Assembly (NCBI RefSeq): GCF_028641065.1
Contig: NC_073400.1
Location: forward strand, 31,930,001 to 31,994,000
Direction of reading: 5' to 3'
DNA from: Leucoraja erinacea
Taxonomy: Eukaryota
DNA: 64,000 bases
Both the position numbers and the translations under genes were made by a program. Of the stretch, positions 11,569-23,565 are shown in pieces (the stretch's first letter is position 1; the number at the start of each line of letters is the position of its first letter). The notes under the pieces are model-generated. The model made no database searches, was not told where the DNA came from, and was given only the letters and a program-made list of their open reading frames with translations.

Positions 11569-12112
11569 GATGGGGGTGGGATTGTCTCTGTTCACTGTTC
11601 CCCCAGTTCAGAAGCCTGATAGCAGAGGGGAAGAAGCTGTTCCTGAGTCTGGTGGTGCGCGCTTTCAAGCTTCTGTACCTTCTGCTAGACAGGACCAGGG
11701 AGAAGGAGGAATGACCGGGGTGGGACAAGTGATGGAGTCATAGAGTCACAGCGAGACCTTCGGCCCAACTTGCCCGCGCCCACCAACGTGTCCCCATCAA
11801 TACTAGACCCATCTGCCTGCGTTTGGCCCTTACCCCTCTAATCCTGTCCTATCAATGTACCTGTCTAACTGTTTCTTAATCATTGTGATAGTACCTGCCT
11901 CAACTACCTCTTCCGGCAGCTCGTTCCAAACACCCTCCACCCTTTGTGTAAAAAAGTCACCCCTCAGTTTTCCATGAAATCTTTCCCCCCCCCCTCGCCT
12001 TAAACCGATGTCCTCTGGTTCTCGATTCCCCAACTCTGGGCGGGTTCAGGGAATGCCATCATGAATCCTACTGAGTTGCAATAAGGTGACCCATTGTTTC
12101 ACCCACAGGAAC

Positions 12113-12687
12113 ATGGGACTGCAGAGATGGATAGGATTCATGGTCCTTGTGGAGATGGTGTGGCAAGTCTCCGCAACTGGAACAGGTCCGATCTCCAGAG
12201 AATGGGGAGAGGAAGCAAACTTGGCCGGGCGGAACGCACGGTCGTATTGGCATGTCAACAATGAACAGCTTCCAAGATGCACGGACAAGCCAGACTCTGC
12301 TGGTGATCACCCTTTAATCATTAGTCTGCAGGTTGCCGTTGTGTCTCCGAGTGGTTCTATTACGCTGCCCTGTAAACTATCCAAGAATTACAGTAAACCT
12401 ACCCTCGTCACATGGAAAAAAGACGGTGTGTTGCCATTGCAACATATCACAGTTGGTTTTCAGTGGGGTATAAGGGATCGTATCCCCGCTGGAAGTTCGT
12501 GAATAACAATATATTGAAACATCGGGACGCCTCGTTGGTCCTGTGGGGGGTACAAGAGAAAGATGCCGGGACATATACCTGCATTTGGTCCACTTCTCAT
12601 CATGGGAAATGTCATGTATTGACATGGCTGAAAATAGAGAGAAACCTCCCAATGATTCACCACGCACTCCCCCCAATCCCACACTGA
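12113..12687 (+). pseudogene. secreted single V-set Ig domain gene, copy A, frameshifted
   Basis: Matches the intact copy at 43955-44527 except for an extra TG near 12428 (gacggtgTGttgcc), giving an early stop at 12502. Confidence 0.75.
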
Positions 12688-12773
12688 CCTTTCTGTCCTG
12701 GGCCGCCTCCACTGTCAGAGTGAGGCCAAGTGCAAATTGGAGGGATAGCACTCAAATTTCACTTGGGCAGCTT

Positions 12774-15180
12774 ATTCAGATTCAGATTCAGATTCAAACA
12801 TTATTGTCATTGTGCAGTGTACAGTACAGAGACAACAAAATGCAGTTAGCATCTCCCTAGAAGAGCGACATAGAATATGAGCAATAAATAAATATACGTG
12901 CATACAGTCGTAGTAGTGCAATTTTTATCTGGTGGATGAGTGTCCGGGGGCAATCACCGAGGTACAGTGTTGAGTAATGTAACAGCCGCAGGGAAGAAGC
13001 TGATCCTGGACTGCTGGTTCAGCAATGGAGAGACCAGTAGCGCCTCCCGCACGGGAGGAGGGTAAACAGTCTATGGTTGGGATGTTAAACTGAGTTCTTC
13101 TGTCAATCTAAAGTCAACTTGACTCAAACACTTGTTGCTGTTAAAATCAATTCTTTATTCAACTGAGACTAGTCTCTTGAACCTTCCAACACAGAGCTGT
13201 TGCTCTGGGGCGGGTCCAGAGAGGAGTAACTTTGATACAAACTCATGGCATTTATATAGGTATTAGACATTTCAGATACAGAGGGTATGACAAGCTAGTA
13301 ACCAATCATCTGAGTCCTTTTTACAATCTTCGTTTGTCTATGGTATAACTTTATAACTTTGTTTCAGAATTATTTTATTTCAACACAGCAAAACCCCAGT
13401 AGGCTCTTATCAAGGACCACTCCTCAAAATATAAGATACAGACAATGATCACACAAGTCATACACACTTTCTATACCAAGAAGAAAGATATTTCTATAAA
13501 TCTAAACAATTTCTATGTCTAAAGTGTACATTTCTACTAAGGCAATACATTTCATAATTTGTTTTACTACAATTTCACAGTTTGAAATACTTTTACCTAG
13601 GTCTTTAAAACATTAATTATATAAGTTTGCTGAATTACAGTTTCTAAGTTCAAAACCTATACCCATCCCAACCAAGGATACATGGGTCGTAAATCTGTCA
13701 ACTTACTTAATTAGTGTTTGATTCCAGGATACAGCTTCATTCACTTAACTTACATACTTCATACAGCTTAACTTACAGCCTCCCCTTCTCCTGCTATCTC
13801 TGGGAGCTGGATTTCCAATCTCTCTACAAGGCCTTTTACAAATATTACAAATGATCTTCTTCTCCAAGCAACGACTCCCCTTCACATACATCCTAATTCA
13901 ACATAGCCAAAGCTAACTACAGGGCCTATTATCTCTCAGCCCTGAACTATATCTCAAACTCAGCTCAAAGCTCAGTTTGACTCACAGCTCAAGAATGTCC
14001 ACAAAGAAAAGTGAATCTGACCTAAGAAGAGGCCCTTATTCAGTTATCTATTTTCCAACACAATCATACCAAGTACAATTTCCTCCAGTGTTATAATTGC
14101 CTCAGCAATAAACCTAAGCTAAACAGGTTCAGGTTCAGGCCTCAATGTTTTGATTCATCTTTGCCTGTGTGTATCTGTCTGGACTTTATTTCGCCAGGAA
14201 AACCCTAAGCTTTTCTTTTGCAAATTACCTAGCTTATATAAAAATCACTATCCAAACGGTTCTATTTATATAATATTTCCTCAGGGGTGAGAGCAGTCCT
14301 CGACGATGCTGAGTGCCCTTTGCAGACATTGCTTGCTCTGGACAGACTCAATGGAGGGGAGGGAGGAACCGGTGATGCGTCGGGCAATTTTCAACACCCT
14401 CTGCAGTGCTTTCTGGTCGGAGACAGAGCAGTTGCCGTACCATACTGTGATAAAGTTGGTAACCATGCTCTCGATGGTGCAGCGGTAGAAGTTCACCAGA
14501 ATCTGAGGAGACAGATGGACCTTCTTCAGTCTCCTCAGGGAGAAGAGACGCTGATGAGCCTTCTTGACCAGAGTTGAGGTATTGTGGGTCCAAGAGAGGT
14601 CATCGGAGATGTTGACCCCCAGAAACCTGAAGCTGGAAACACGTTCCACCTCCGGCCCGTTAATGTGGATGGGGGTGTGCGTGCCGCCCCTAGACTTCCT
14701 GAAGTCTACAATGAGCTCCTTGGTCTTCTTGGAGTTAAGGGCCAGGTTGTTGTCAGCGCACCATGCTGCTAGGAGCTGGACCTCCTCCCTGTAGGCCGAC
14801 TCGTCGTTGTTGCTGATGAGGCCAATCACCGTTGTATCATCTGCATACTTGACGATGGTGTTAGTACCATGTACAGGTGTGCAGTCGTAGGTGAAGAGGG
14901 AGTAGAGGAGGGGGCTCAGCACACAGCCCTGTGGAACGCCGGTGTTCAGGGTGAGAGTTGAAGAGGTGTGCTTGTCTAACCTCACAGACTGGGGTCTGTT
15001 GGCTAGAAAGTCCAATATCCAGTTGCAGAGGGAGGGGTCAATGCCCAGGTTACCGAGTTTGGTGATCAGTTTAGAGGGCATAATGGTGTTGAATGCTGAG
15101 CTGTAATCGATGAACAGCATTCTTATGTAAGTGTCTCTGTTGTCGAGGTGGGAGAGGGCGGAGTGAAGTGCCGGAGTGAA
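12774..15180 (-). mobile_element. 5'-truncated Rex1/Babar LINE split by a solo LTR (copy about 44614-47010)
   Basis: RT ORF 14281-15120 ([27 protein letters not shown]); 3' part 12774-13082 with (tctgaa)n tail. Confidence 0.88.
13083..14283 (-). mobile_element. 1.2-kb solo LTR (ERV-like); copy 44921-46114
   Basis: TG...CA ends; 4-bp flanks ggga/gggg; minus-strand order CCAAT box 13302, TATATAAA 13258-13251, AATAAA 13159-13154, terminal AACA. Confidence 0.8.
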
Positions 15181-16363
15181 ATGCCAGTAGCAAAGCCTAG
15201 TTCAGTCCAGAGGTACAGCAAGGAAACAGGCCCTTCAGCCCACCGGGTCAGTGGAGACCAATGATCACCCAATGCAATAGTTCTATCCCACATGGTTTTA
15301 TGGGGACATGGGCCAAATGAAGTGAAATGGAATGAGCTTAGATGGGGTATATGGGTCTGCATGGCCAAGTTGGGCTGAAGGGCCTGTTTCCGTGCTGTAA
15401 GACTCTATGACACCAAGTAGGGAATAGTAAAGGTATAAAGATGAGCAGCGTGGAAGGTGTGAGCGTGGATCACATGCAGTGCGGAGAACTGACCTTGCTT
15501 GCACCAGTAAATGCACGTTTAATGTAAATAAACTCTTCTGCCAGCCCTGAAGACAGCCGGTGTGAGTGATTCTTTGTACGCCAGCATTGAGCTGGGTGTG
15601 AACTTTGTGCAACTCTTGCTCACTACGGGCGACATCGCCAGATTAAGTGTCATGGAGTTGCCTTCAAATTAGTTTAGTTCGGTTTTGCTTATAGATACAG
15701 CGTGGAAACAGGCTCTTCGGCTCACCGAGTCCAACCCAACCAGTGATCCGCGAGCATTGCCACTTTCATTTCACTGCACATCTCGTATGTGTATGTGACA
15801 AATAAACTTGACTTGACTTGACTTGACTTGATCACCCCTACACTAGTTCTAACCTACACACTAGGGACAATTTACTGAAGCCAATTAACCATCAAATCTG
15901 CACGTCTTTGCAATCTGAAAGGAAACCAGAGCACCCGGAGGAAACCCACATGGTCACAGGGACAATGTTCATACACTGTACAGACAGTGCCCGTAGTCAC
16001 CATCGAAGGCGGGTCTCTAGCGCTGTAAGGCAGCAACTCTACCGCTGCGCCACTGTACCGCCCCTGCATTGCCCTTGTGCATTGTAGGGCTGCTGATTAG
16101 AGTCCAGTTTTGACCCTCGTTGGGTGTCAATTGTGGTTGTCAAGGAGCTTTCTTACCTCCGTATGGAGCCTGGTCTTCCAGTTATAGACCCACACCACCC
16201 TGGCCACACTCTCTTATCACCACTACTGAGGGGAAGGTACAGGAGCCTGAGAACCGTGAGCTCCAGGTTCAAGAGCAGCTTCTTCCCAGCAAGCACAAGG
16301 TTGTTGAACCAGCCTGCACAACCCCAACCACAACCCTACGCCACTCACCACAACCCTACACAA

Positions 16364-17545
16364 GATTCAGATTCAGATTCAGATTCAATTTTCATTGTCA
16401 TTGTCAGTGTACAGTACAGAGACAACGAAATGCATTTAGCATCTCCCTTGAAGAGCGACATAGCAAACGATTTGAATTAAAAAAAAAAAAATAATAAGTG
16501 GGGGGTGATTGGCAGTCACCGAGGTACGTTGTTGAGTAGAGTGACAGCCGCCGGAAAGAAGCTGTTCCTCGACCTGCTGGTTCGGCAACGGAGAGACCTG
16601 TAGCGCCTCCCGGATGGTAGGAGGGTAAACAGTCCATGGTTGGGGTGAGAGCAGTCCTTGGCGATGCTGAGCGCCCTCCGCAGACAGCGCTTGCTTTGAA
16701 CAGACTCAATGGAGGGGAGCGTGGAACCGGTGATGCGTTGGGCAATTTTCACCACCCTCTGCAATGCCTTCCGGTCGGAGACAGAGCAGTTGCCATACCA
16801 TACTGTGATGCAGTTGGTAAGGATGCTCTCGATGGTGCAGCGGTAGAAGTTCACCAGGATCTGAGGAGACAGATGGACCTTCTTCAGTCTCCTCAGGAAG
16901 AAGAGACGCTGATGAGCCTTCTTGATCAGAATAGAGGTATTGTGGGTCCAAGAGAGGTCATCGGAGATGTTGACTCCCAGGAACCTGAAGCTAGAAACAC
17001 GTTCCACCTCCGTCCCGTTAATGTGGATGGGGGTGTGCGTGCCACCTCTGGACTTCCTGAAGTCTACAATGAGCTCCTTGGTCTTCTTGGAGTTAAGGGC
17101 CAGGTTGTTGTCAGCGCACCATGCTGCTAAGTGCTGGACCTCCTCCCTGTAGGCCAGCTCATCGTTGTTGCTGATGAGGCCAATCACCGTTGTATCATCT
17201 GCATACTTGATGATGGTGTTAGTACCATGTACAGGTGTGCAGTCATAGGTGAAGAGGGAGTAGAGGAGGGGGCTCAGCACACAGCCCTGAGGAACGCCGG
17301 TGTTCAGGGTGAGGGTTGAAGAGGTGTGCTTGTCTAACCTCACAGACTGGGGTCTGTTGGTTAGAAAGTCCAGTATCCAGTTGCAGAGGGAGGGGTCGAT
17401 GCCCAGGTTACCGAGTTTGGTGATCAGTTTTGATGGAATAATGGTGTTGAATGCTGAGCTGTAATCGATGAACAGCATTCTTACATAAGTGTCTCTGTTG
17501 TCAAGGTGGGAGAGGGCGGAGTGAAGTGCCGTTGAGATGGCATCT
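16364..17545 (-). mobile_element. 5'-truncated young Rex1/Babar LINE (copy 48113-49280 has a premature stop)
   Basis: Open 320-aa RT C-terminal ORF 16516-17478; (tctgaa)n tail; empty site visible near 24310. Confidence 0.92.
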
Positions 17546-17746
17546 CAACCCTGATGGATACTGCACCACTGGTGATGCCCCACGTACGTTGTCTTGTACT
17601 ATCATGGTCTGGTTTACTTGGAATAACTGAGACCTTATTGTGTACTTATGGTGTAAGTATATAATCATGATAGGCCAGGGTAGACAGTGGAGGGCTGCCA
17701 CTACAGAGCCACCCATAGACCTGATAGAATTATATAAAGTTACTGT

Positions 17747-19910
17747 GCAGACCAAGTACAAACCCAACACAATATTCCACCACTCACCCATTCCCCAACG
17801 CTATATTCCACCACTCACTCATAGCCATCAACTATGCAGGCACGGCTCATTTCTCCGCATTACCTCTTCCTACTCTTCACCCTCCCACTTTAATACCTAG
17901 AGGGAGAGAGGAGGGGGAGAGAAGGAGAGAGGCAGAGAGAAAGGAGGTAGAGAGAGAGTGGGAAGGGGTAGAGGGAGACGGGGAGGGTGGTAGTGGGGGG
18001 GAGGGATTAAATACATTCTTCTCAAGCTTACCCCCAGTCTAGTTCAGTCAAAAACCACTGAGTCAAGCACTGGAACAACTAAACTTTATTTTTGGATTGT
18101 ACATCAAATTCAACTACACGATACCTAAACCACTGCGGGTTTGATCCTTGTATCTGCTTGGCCAAACCCTTCAGCCTTGTGCAAGCAGAAACACTCCAAA
18201 AGGTCACACAGTCCCAAGGGCTCTTCCAGAAGATCGACAAAGGACCTGCTTTTTATAGGTCCCTGAGCCTTGAGGGGCCAAACTACATAGAGGTGGTCTC
18301 TTTACAATCCAATCAAACATATTAATTACATCAGTACATTATAGACAGTTCCCCAGACCAATAACAGTCTCCCATACATTGTTTCAGGTGAAGCTGCTGG
18401 AAGAAGCTAACTTAACTTGAATAATGCAACATTTACCCTGGAATTCAAATAAACACCTGCCAGGGCTCAACACTTTAGCCAATCAACAAACAGCAGGGTA
18501 ACTGGCAACATGATTTACAATATTTACAATGCTGTTGCAGTAATCCAATCAACTTCATGCATTTTACACTCCCTTGAAGGTCTTCTGCAGAAATCTCATT
18601 CATTCTGTCAATTCTCATACATTTCTTATCTGCAACATTGATGTGGGGCCCACACTTACTGGCACCATTCAGAAGCTTGTCGTACTTCTGCACAGTACAT
18701 CAGACTTGACCAAAATGGCCAAACAATACATGTCCTTTACTAAATTTTGGTGCTATTACTGCTCTGATTTAGCCAGGATTTACAGGTAGAGAGGGAGAGG
18801 GAGGAGGGTAGAGTGGGTGAGGGAGGGTTGAAAGGGGGCAAGAGAGGGAGTGCAGATGTGGCAACTACCCTCCCTACCCCCTCCTCTCCCTCAATCTCCC
18901 CCGTCCTTCCTCACCTCCCCAGGATCTTCCCCCTCTCTTTCTCCTCTCCCCCAATCCCTCCTTCTCTCTCTCTCCCTCTCCTTTCCTACCGCCGCAGCTG
19001 CTCCATATCTGCGAGGCCTCACCGCCAACGTGCCGACCCACCGTCGCGATGCCTCACCGCTGCCATCTCCATGCACGGAAATCGTCATCAAAACATGGGG
19101 GGGAAACAATTCCTTGGCGGCACACATGCATGCGGCACACACGCGAGGCTTTGGCCGTGGGCCCTGTGGACGGTAACATCGGGGGCTGACTTGGTTGGTG
19201 ACCGACTCCGAACTCCAGCAACAGCAGCTTCGTCAGCCCCTGAATCGTGTGGCTTGAATCGGCCCGTTCGCGGGGCCTTTCATCGCCCGGCGGGGCTTCA
19301 ACATCGGGAGCCTCGATCGCCTTGATGCAGCAATTTGATTTTAAGCCGCTGAAAGGCCCCGCGAATGGGCCGATTCTGCCCATAGAAAGCGTCCGATAAA
19401 GTGCCGAATACAAAACATGGGCGGGGGGGAATCGTCCCCCCACCTCCCAAAGCATAGGGAGACGTGCCCCCTGTCCCCCCCCAGGATTTCCGCCCATGGC
19501 GGTCACGATGTCTCCTTCACCGCCGCAGTCTCGACGCCTCTTTGATGGCCGCGAAAAAACCCCATGTGGGGCGTAGAAGGCCGGGTCGGATAAAGCGGAA
19601 TGTTAATTTCAATGAGGTCCTCCCCCTGACATCACTGGAAGCTGGTGGTCGACCACTCCCCCTTTGTGACATCACTCGAAGCGGGTGCCGTTTAATAAGT
19701 TGGTTTTCACTATTTTTAAAACGCTATAACTTGTGAACTACAGCATGTAATGTGAAGTGGAGCAGTTTATTTTGTCAAAGGGGTTAATACAATTACTAAT
19801 GTGTGAAAGCTTCTGCGCTAATGCGTGGCATTTTGATGAAGGTAGAAAGACACAGACAACACACACACGTATACATATACACAAGATGAGACTTTTAACA
19901 ATATAGAGAT
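17747..19910 (+). mobile_element. non-autonomous element with aatattccaccactcaccc minisatellite, possibly Helentron-type; inverted relatives end near 20801, 28600, 53215, 58228 and 61600
   Basis: Recurrent terminus (cta)gaccaagtgggacccgttggg and a distal cttttaacaatatag end; class assignment is tentative. Confidence 0.35.
18007..18784 (-). mobile_element. second solo-LTR-like element (interrupted copies at about 24805-27180, 49744-51197 and 56435-56840)
   Basis: Minus strand starts TGTAAATCC; CCAAT 18309, TATAAAA 18257-18251, AATAAA 18090-18085; the CA end is not clean. Confidence 0.55.
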
Positions 19911-20027
19911 GAGAGGCATAGATAGGGGAGATAACCGGAGCCAATTTCCCAAAGAGTTTGGAGAGGGTGCAGGAGAGGAATCCCAGAATGATGCCTGGAT
20001 TGGAGGTTGTTAGTTACAAGGCAGTGT

Positions 20028-20070
<43 letters not shown>

Positions 20071-21174
20071 GAAGGGGGTAGGGAGGAAGAGGGGGGGGAA
20101 AGTGGGGGAGGGGAGGAGGAGGGAGAGTGGGAGGAGGAGGGGGAATAGAGGGAGAGGAAGGGGGGGTTGATCCGACAATGACATCAGAATGGGATCTCAG
20201 CTCCCAATCAACAGTGTTGAGATAAGTTCCAGCCAGTGCAATGAGAGATTCCTTACATTGTTGTAAGTAGAGGCAGGGAGTGGAGGAGAAGAAATGTTAT
20301 TTAAACGTTGTGTTTAGTGGGGGAGTGCGAAAGGGGAGGCAGTGACTGAGGGTAGGGAAAAATGAGAGGGAAGGAGAGGTGATGGAGGGAGTGGAGGAGG
20401 AGAGGGGAGAGAAGGAGGAGGGTAAAGACGAGGGGGAGGGAGTGTAAGAGACTCGCGTGCGCAGTTGTGGGGTATGGGTGAGTGGTGGAATATTGCGTTG
20501 GGGGGACGGGTACATCGCAAAGGAATCTCATTTAGATTTCTTGGGAGGAGGCTTTTCATTGTGGGGGGTGGAATTGCTGAGAGGTTTCATTTACTCCTTA
20601 TTTATAAAATAATTACGATTGTGGGGAGGGGTGGGTTGGGGGCGGGGGCTCCCCGTTTCATTGTGGGGGGGTGGAGTAAGAGAGAGGTTTCATTTCCAGA
20701 ATTTTCCTTGTGGGAGGGTGGGGTGAGTATTGTGGGGTATGGGTGAGTGGTGGAATATTACGTTGGGGGAACGGGGCCCAACGGGTCCCACTTGGTCTAG
20801 TTATCATTATTTATTTAATGTTTCACGTTTACACCAATCTCTCCACCACCACGAACAAGCAGCACAAGACGCGACAAGACAGACACCATTGTATGCAGAT
20901 GCCGAGAAGTGTGATCAGCTCTGGCTGAACAACTAATCTTGTGTGTGGATTCGATAAGCAGAAGATTTAATGTCATAGTGTTATACAGTCATAGAGTGAT
21001 ACAGCATGGAAACAGGCCCTTTGGCCCAACTTGCCCACATTGGACAACATGTCCCAGCTACAATAGTCCCACCTGTCCACGTTTGGTCCATATCCCTCCA
21101 AATCTGACCGATCCATGTTCCTGTCTAGCTGTTTCTTAAACGTCGGGATAGTTTCTGCCTCAACTGCGATGTGT

Positions 21175-21517
21175 TGACCAGAACGAGACGTGGTGGAGAC
21201 ACAAGCAGGATGTGTGGGGCGCCTGGTTGGCCGCTGGCAGCTGGGATGACGTTGTTCTTGTTAAACGTTAACGGCTGATGCAACGACACGTTTGGCAGAG
21301 GGTGGAGAGGTCGCGGCTGACTCCGGCCAATGCTCCGTGAGAGGCAGTGATTGGTTGAATGTACGTGAGGGCAGACAATGAGGGGCAGGAGAAGCCGGGA
21401 GTCGGTATAAAAGGAGCGAGCGATGGCAGGAGATGAGAACAAGACCGACCCCGTCACCCTGTGTGGAGACTCCGGAGCTGGTAACCAACCCTGTGGATCC
21501 TTCAAGTGTCTGTGAGT
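21175..21517 (+). promoter_or_regulatory. V-gene promoter/exon 1, copy B (ERSE variant)
   Basis: Same block as 11226-11568; ERSE reads CGTGA-N9-ATTGG at 21336-21354. Confidence 0.7.
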
Positions 21518-22060
21518 GATGGGGGTGGGATTGTCTCTGTTCACTGTTCCCCCAGTTCAGAAGCCTGATAGCAGAGGGGAAGAAGCTGTTCCTGAGTCTG
21601 GTGGTGCGCGCTTTCAAGCTTCTGTACCTTCTGCTAGACAGGACCAGGGAGAAGGAGGAATGACCGGGGTGGGACAAGTGATGGAGCCATAGAGTCACAG
21701 CGAGACCTTCGGCCCAACTTGCCTGCGCCCACCAACTTGTCCCCATCAATACTAGACCCACCTGCCTGCGTTTGGCCCTTACCCCTCTAATCCTGTCCTA
21801 TCAATGTACCTGTCTAACTGTTTCTTAATCATTGTGATAGTACCTGCCTCAACTACCTCTTCCGGCAGCTCGTTCCAAACACCCTCCACCCTTTGTGTAA
21901 AAAAGTCACCCCTCAGTTTCCCATGAAATCTTTCCCCCCCCCTCGCCTTAAACCGATGTCCTCTGGTTCTCGATTCCCCAACTCTGGGCGGGTTCAGGGA
22001 ATGTCATCATGAATCCTACTGAGTTGCAATAAGGTGACCCATTGTTTCACCCACAGGAAC

Positions 22061-22600
22061 ATGGGACTGCAGAGATGGATAGGATTCATGGTCCTTGTGG
22101 AGATGGTGTGGCAAGTCTCCGCAACTGGAACAGGTCCGATCTCCAGAGAATGGGGAGAGGAAGCAAACTTGGCCGGGCGGAACGCACGGGCCCCTCGACA
22201 AGTCACCAATGAACAGCTTCCAAGATGCACGAACGAGTCAGATTCTGATGCCATCAGTCATCACCCATCACCGATTAACAAGAAGGTGCTCGTTGCATCT
22301 CTGGGTGGTTCTGTTACGTTGCCATGTAATTTATCCAACGTTTACAATTATCTCAGGTTTGTTGAATGGAAAAAAGATGGTGTTCAAATTGCCAGTTTCC
22401 AAGAGAGAACGTATGCGCATTATATGGGGTCTGATGTTCACTGGAAGTTCGTGCATCACGACGTCTATACGACTAGGGACGCCACGTTGCTCCTGACAGG
22501 TGTAAAAGAGGAAGATACAGGGACGTATTCCTGTGTTTGGCTCAAGTATCGTCAGAAACCGGTTTGTGAATTATTGATGCAGCTGATGATCTCTCACTGA
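22061..22600 (+). CDS. secreted single V-set Ig domain protein, copy B (179 aa)
   Basis: Acceptor cccacag|GAAC ATG; signal peptide MGLQRWIGFMVLVEMVWQVSA; GGSVTLPC...W...DATLLLTGVKEEDTGTYSC; 68 aa between canonical Cys; stop right after G strand; no TM. Confidence 0.85.
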   Translation: MGLQRWIGFMVLVEMVWQVSATGTGPISREWGEEANLAGRNARAPRQVTNEQLPRCTNESDSDAISHHPSPINKKVLVASLGGSVTLPCNLSNVYNYLRFVEWKKDGVQIASFQERTYAHYMGSDVHWKFVHHDVYTTRDATLLLTGVKEEDTGTYSCVWLKYRQKPVCELLMQLMISH

Positions 22601-23332
22601 TTCAGCAGGGCCAGTCCCAGGGTCAGTAGCAAAGTCTAGTTTAGTTTAGTTTCGTTCAGAGGTACAACAGGGAAACAAGCCCTTCGGCCACAGAGTCAAT
22701 GGGGACCAGTGATCACCCCATATACTAGTTCTATCCCACACACTAGATACAATTTACACTGACCAATTAACCTACAAACCTGCCCGTCTCTGGGGTGTGG
22801 GACGAAACCGGAGCACCCGGATTCCAAAGAGGAAGGAAGATTCCAAGGGGAGTTAGGGGCGACCGTGGCTGACAAGGGAAGTCAGGGACACTATCAAAAT
22901 AAAAGAGACCAGGTATAACGTTGCAAAGATGAGCGGAAAGCCAGGGGATTGGGTAACTCTTTTAAAGAGCAACAGAAGATAACTAAAAAAGCAATACGGG
23001 GAGAAAAGATGAGGTATGAAGGTAAGATAGCCAAGAATAGAAAGGAGGATCGTAAAAGCTTCTTCAGATATGTGAAAAAAATTAGTTCAGACTAAAATTG
23101 GTCCTTTATAGACTAAAAACTTTGGATCCGTCTTCACTAAGGAGAACACAAACAATCTCCCTGATGTACTAGTGGCCAGAGGATCTGGGGACAATGGAGA
23201 GCCAGTGGATGTAGTGTACCTGGACTTGCAGGAAGTATTTGATAAGGTCCCACATAGGAGATTAATGGGCAAAATTAGAGCACATGGTATTGGGGGAAGG
23301 GCCTGTTTCCATATTGTTTGACTCTGACACTA

Positions 23333-23565
23333 AGTAGGGAATAGTAAAGGTATAAAGATGAGCAGCGTGGAAGGTGTGAGCGTGGATCGCATGCAGTGAG
23401 GAGAACTGACCTTGCTTGCACCGGTAAATGTACGTTTAATGTAAATAAACTCTCTTCTGCCTGCCCTGAAGACAGCCGGTGTGAGTGATTCTTTGTACGC
23501 CAGCATTGAGTTGGGTGTGAACTTTGTGCAACTTTTGCTCACTACGGGCAACATCGCCGGATTAA
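23333..23565 (+). terminator. conserved downstream block with candidate poly(A) signal of the V genes
   Basis: Block recurs after all five coding exons; AATAAA at 15527, 23444, 31241, 47358 and 55865, followed by GT-rich sequence. Confidence 0.45.

Noticed and set aside
11203-11728. Recurrent 130-166 aa minus-strand ORFs (MNRDNPTP..., MSHPGHSS...)
   Set aside because: Antisense to the promoter/exon 1 and partly Rex1-derived; recurrence reflects recent duplication and there is no recognisable domain.
20030-20170. Long poly-G / G-quadruplex tract as a functional element
   Set aside because: Length differs strongly from the duplicate near 52462 and it lies at a TE edge; homopolymer length is unreliable.
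22034-22060. ORF-track starts MTHCFTHRN for the V genes
   Set aside because: The start is a GTG inside the splice-acceptor tract; the real start is the ATG 27 nt downstream.
22134-22241. Possible in-frame 108-nt phase-1 intron between leader and V domain (G|GTCCGA ... gtcag|AT)
   Set aside because: Weak donor, no polypyrimidine tract, stop-free in all five copies and carrying a conserved Cys and RNAR. Treated as coding, though RNA-seq should test it.
22561-22700. Rearranging Ig/TCR/IgNAR V segments
   Set aside because: No RSS heptamer/nonamer, no D, J or C segments, no leader intron; the ORF completes its own G strand and stops.
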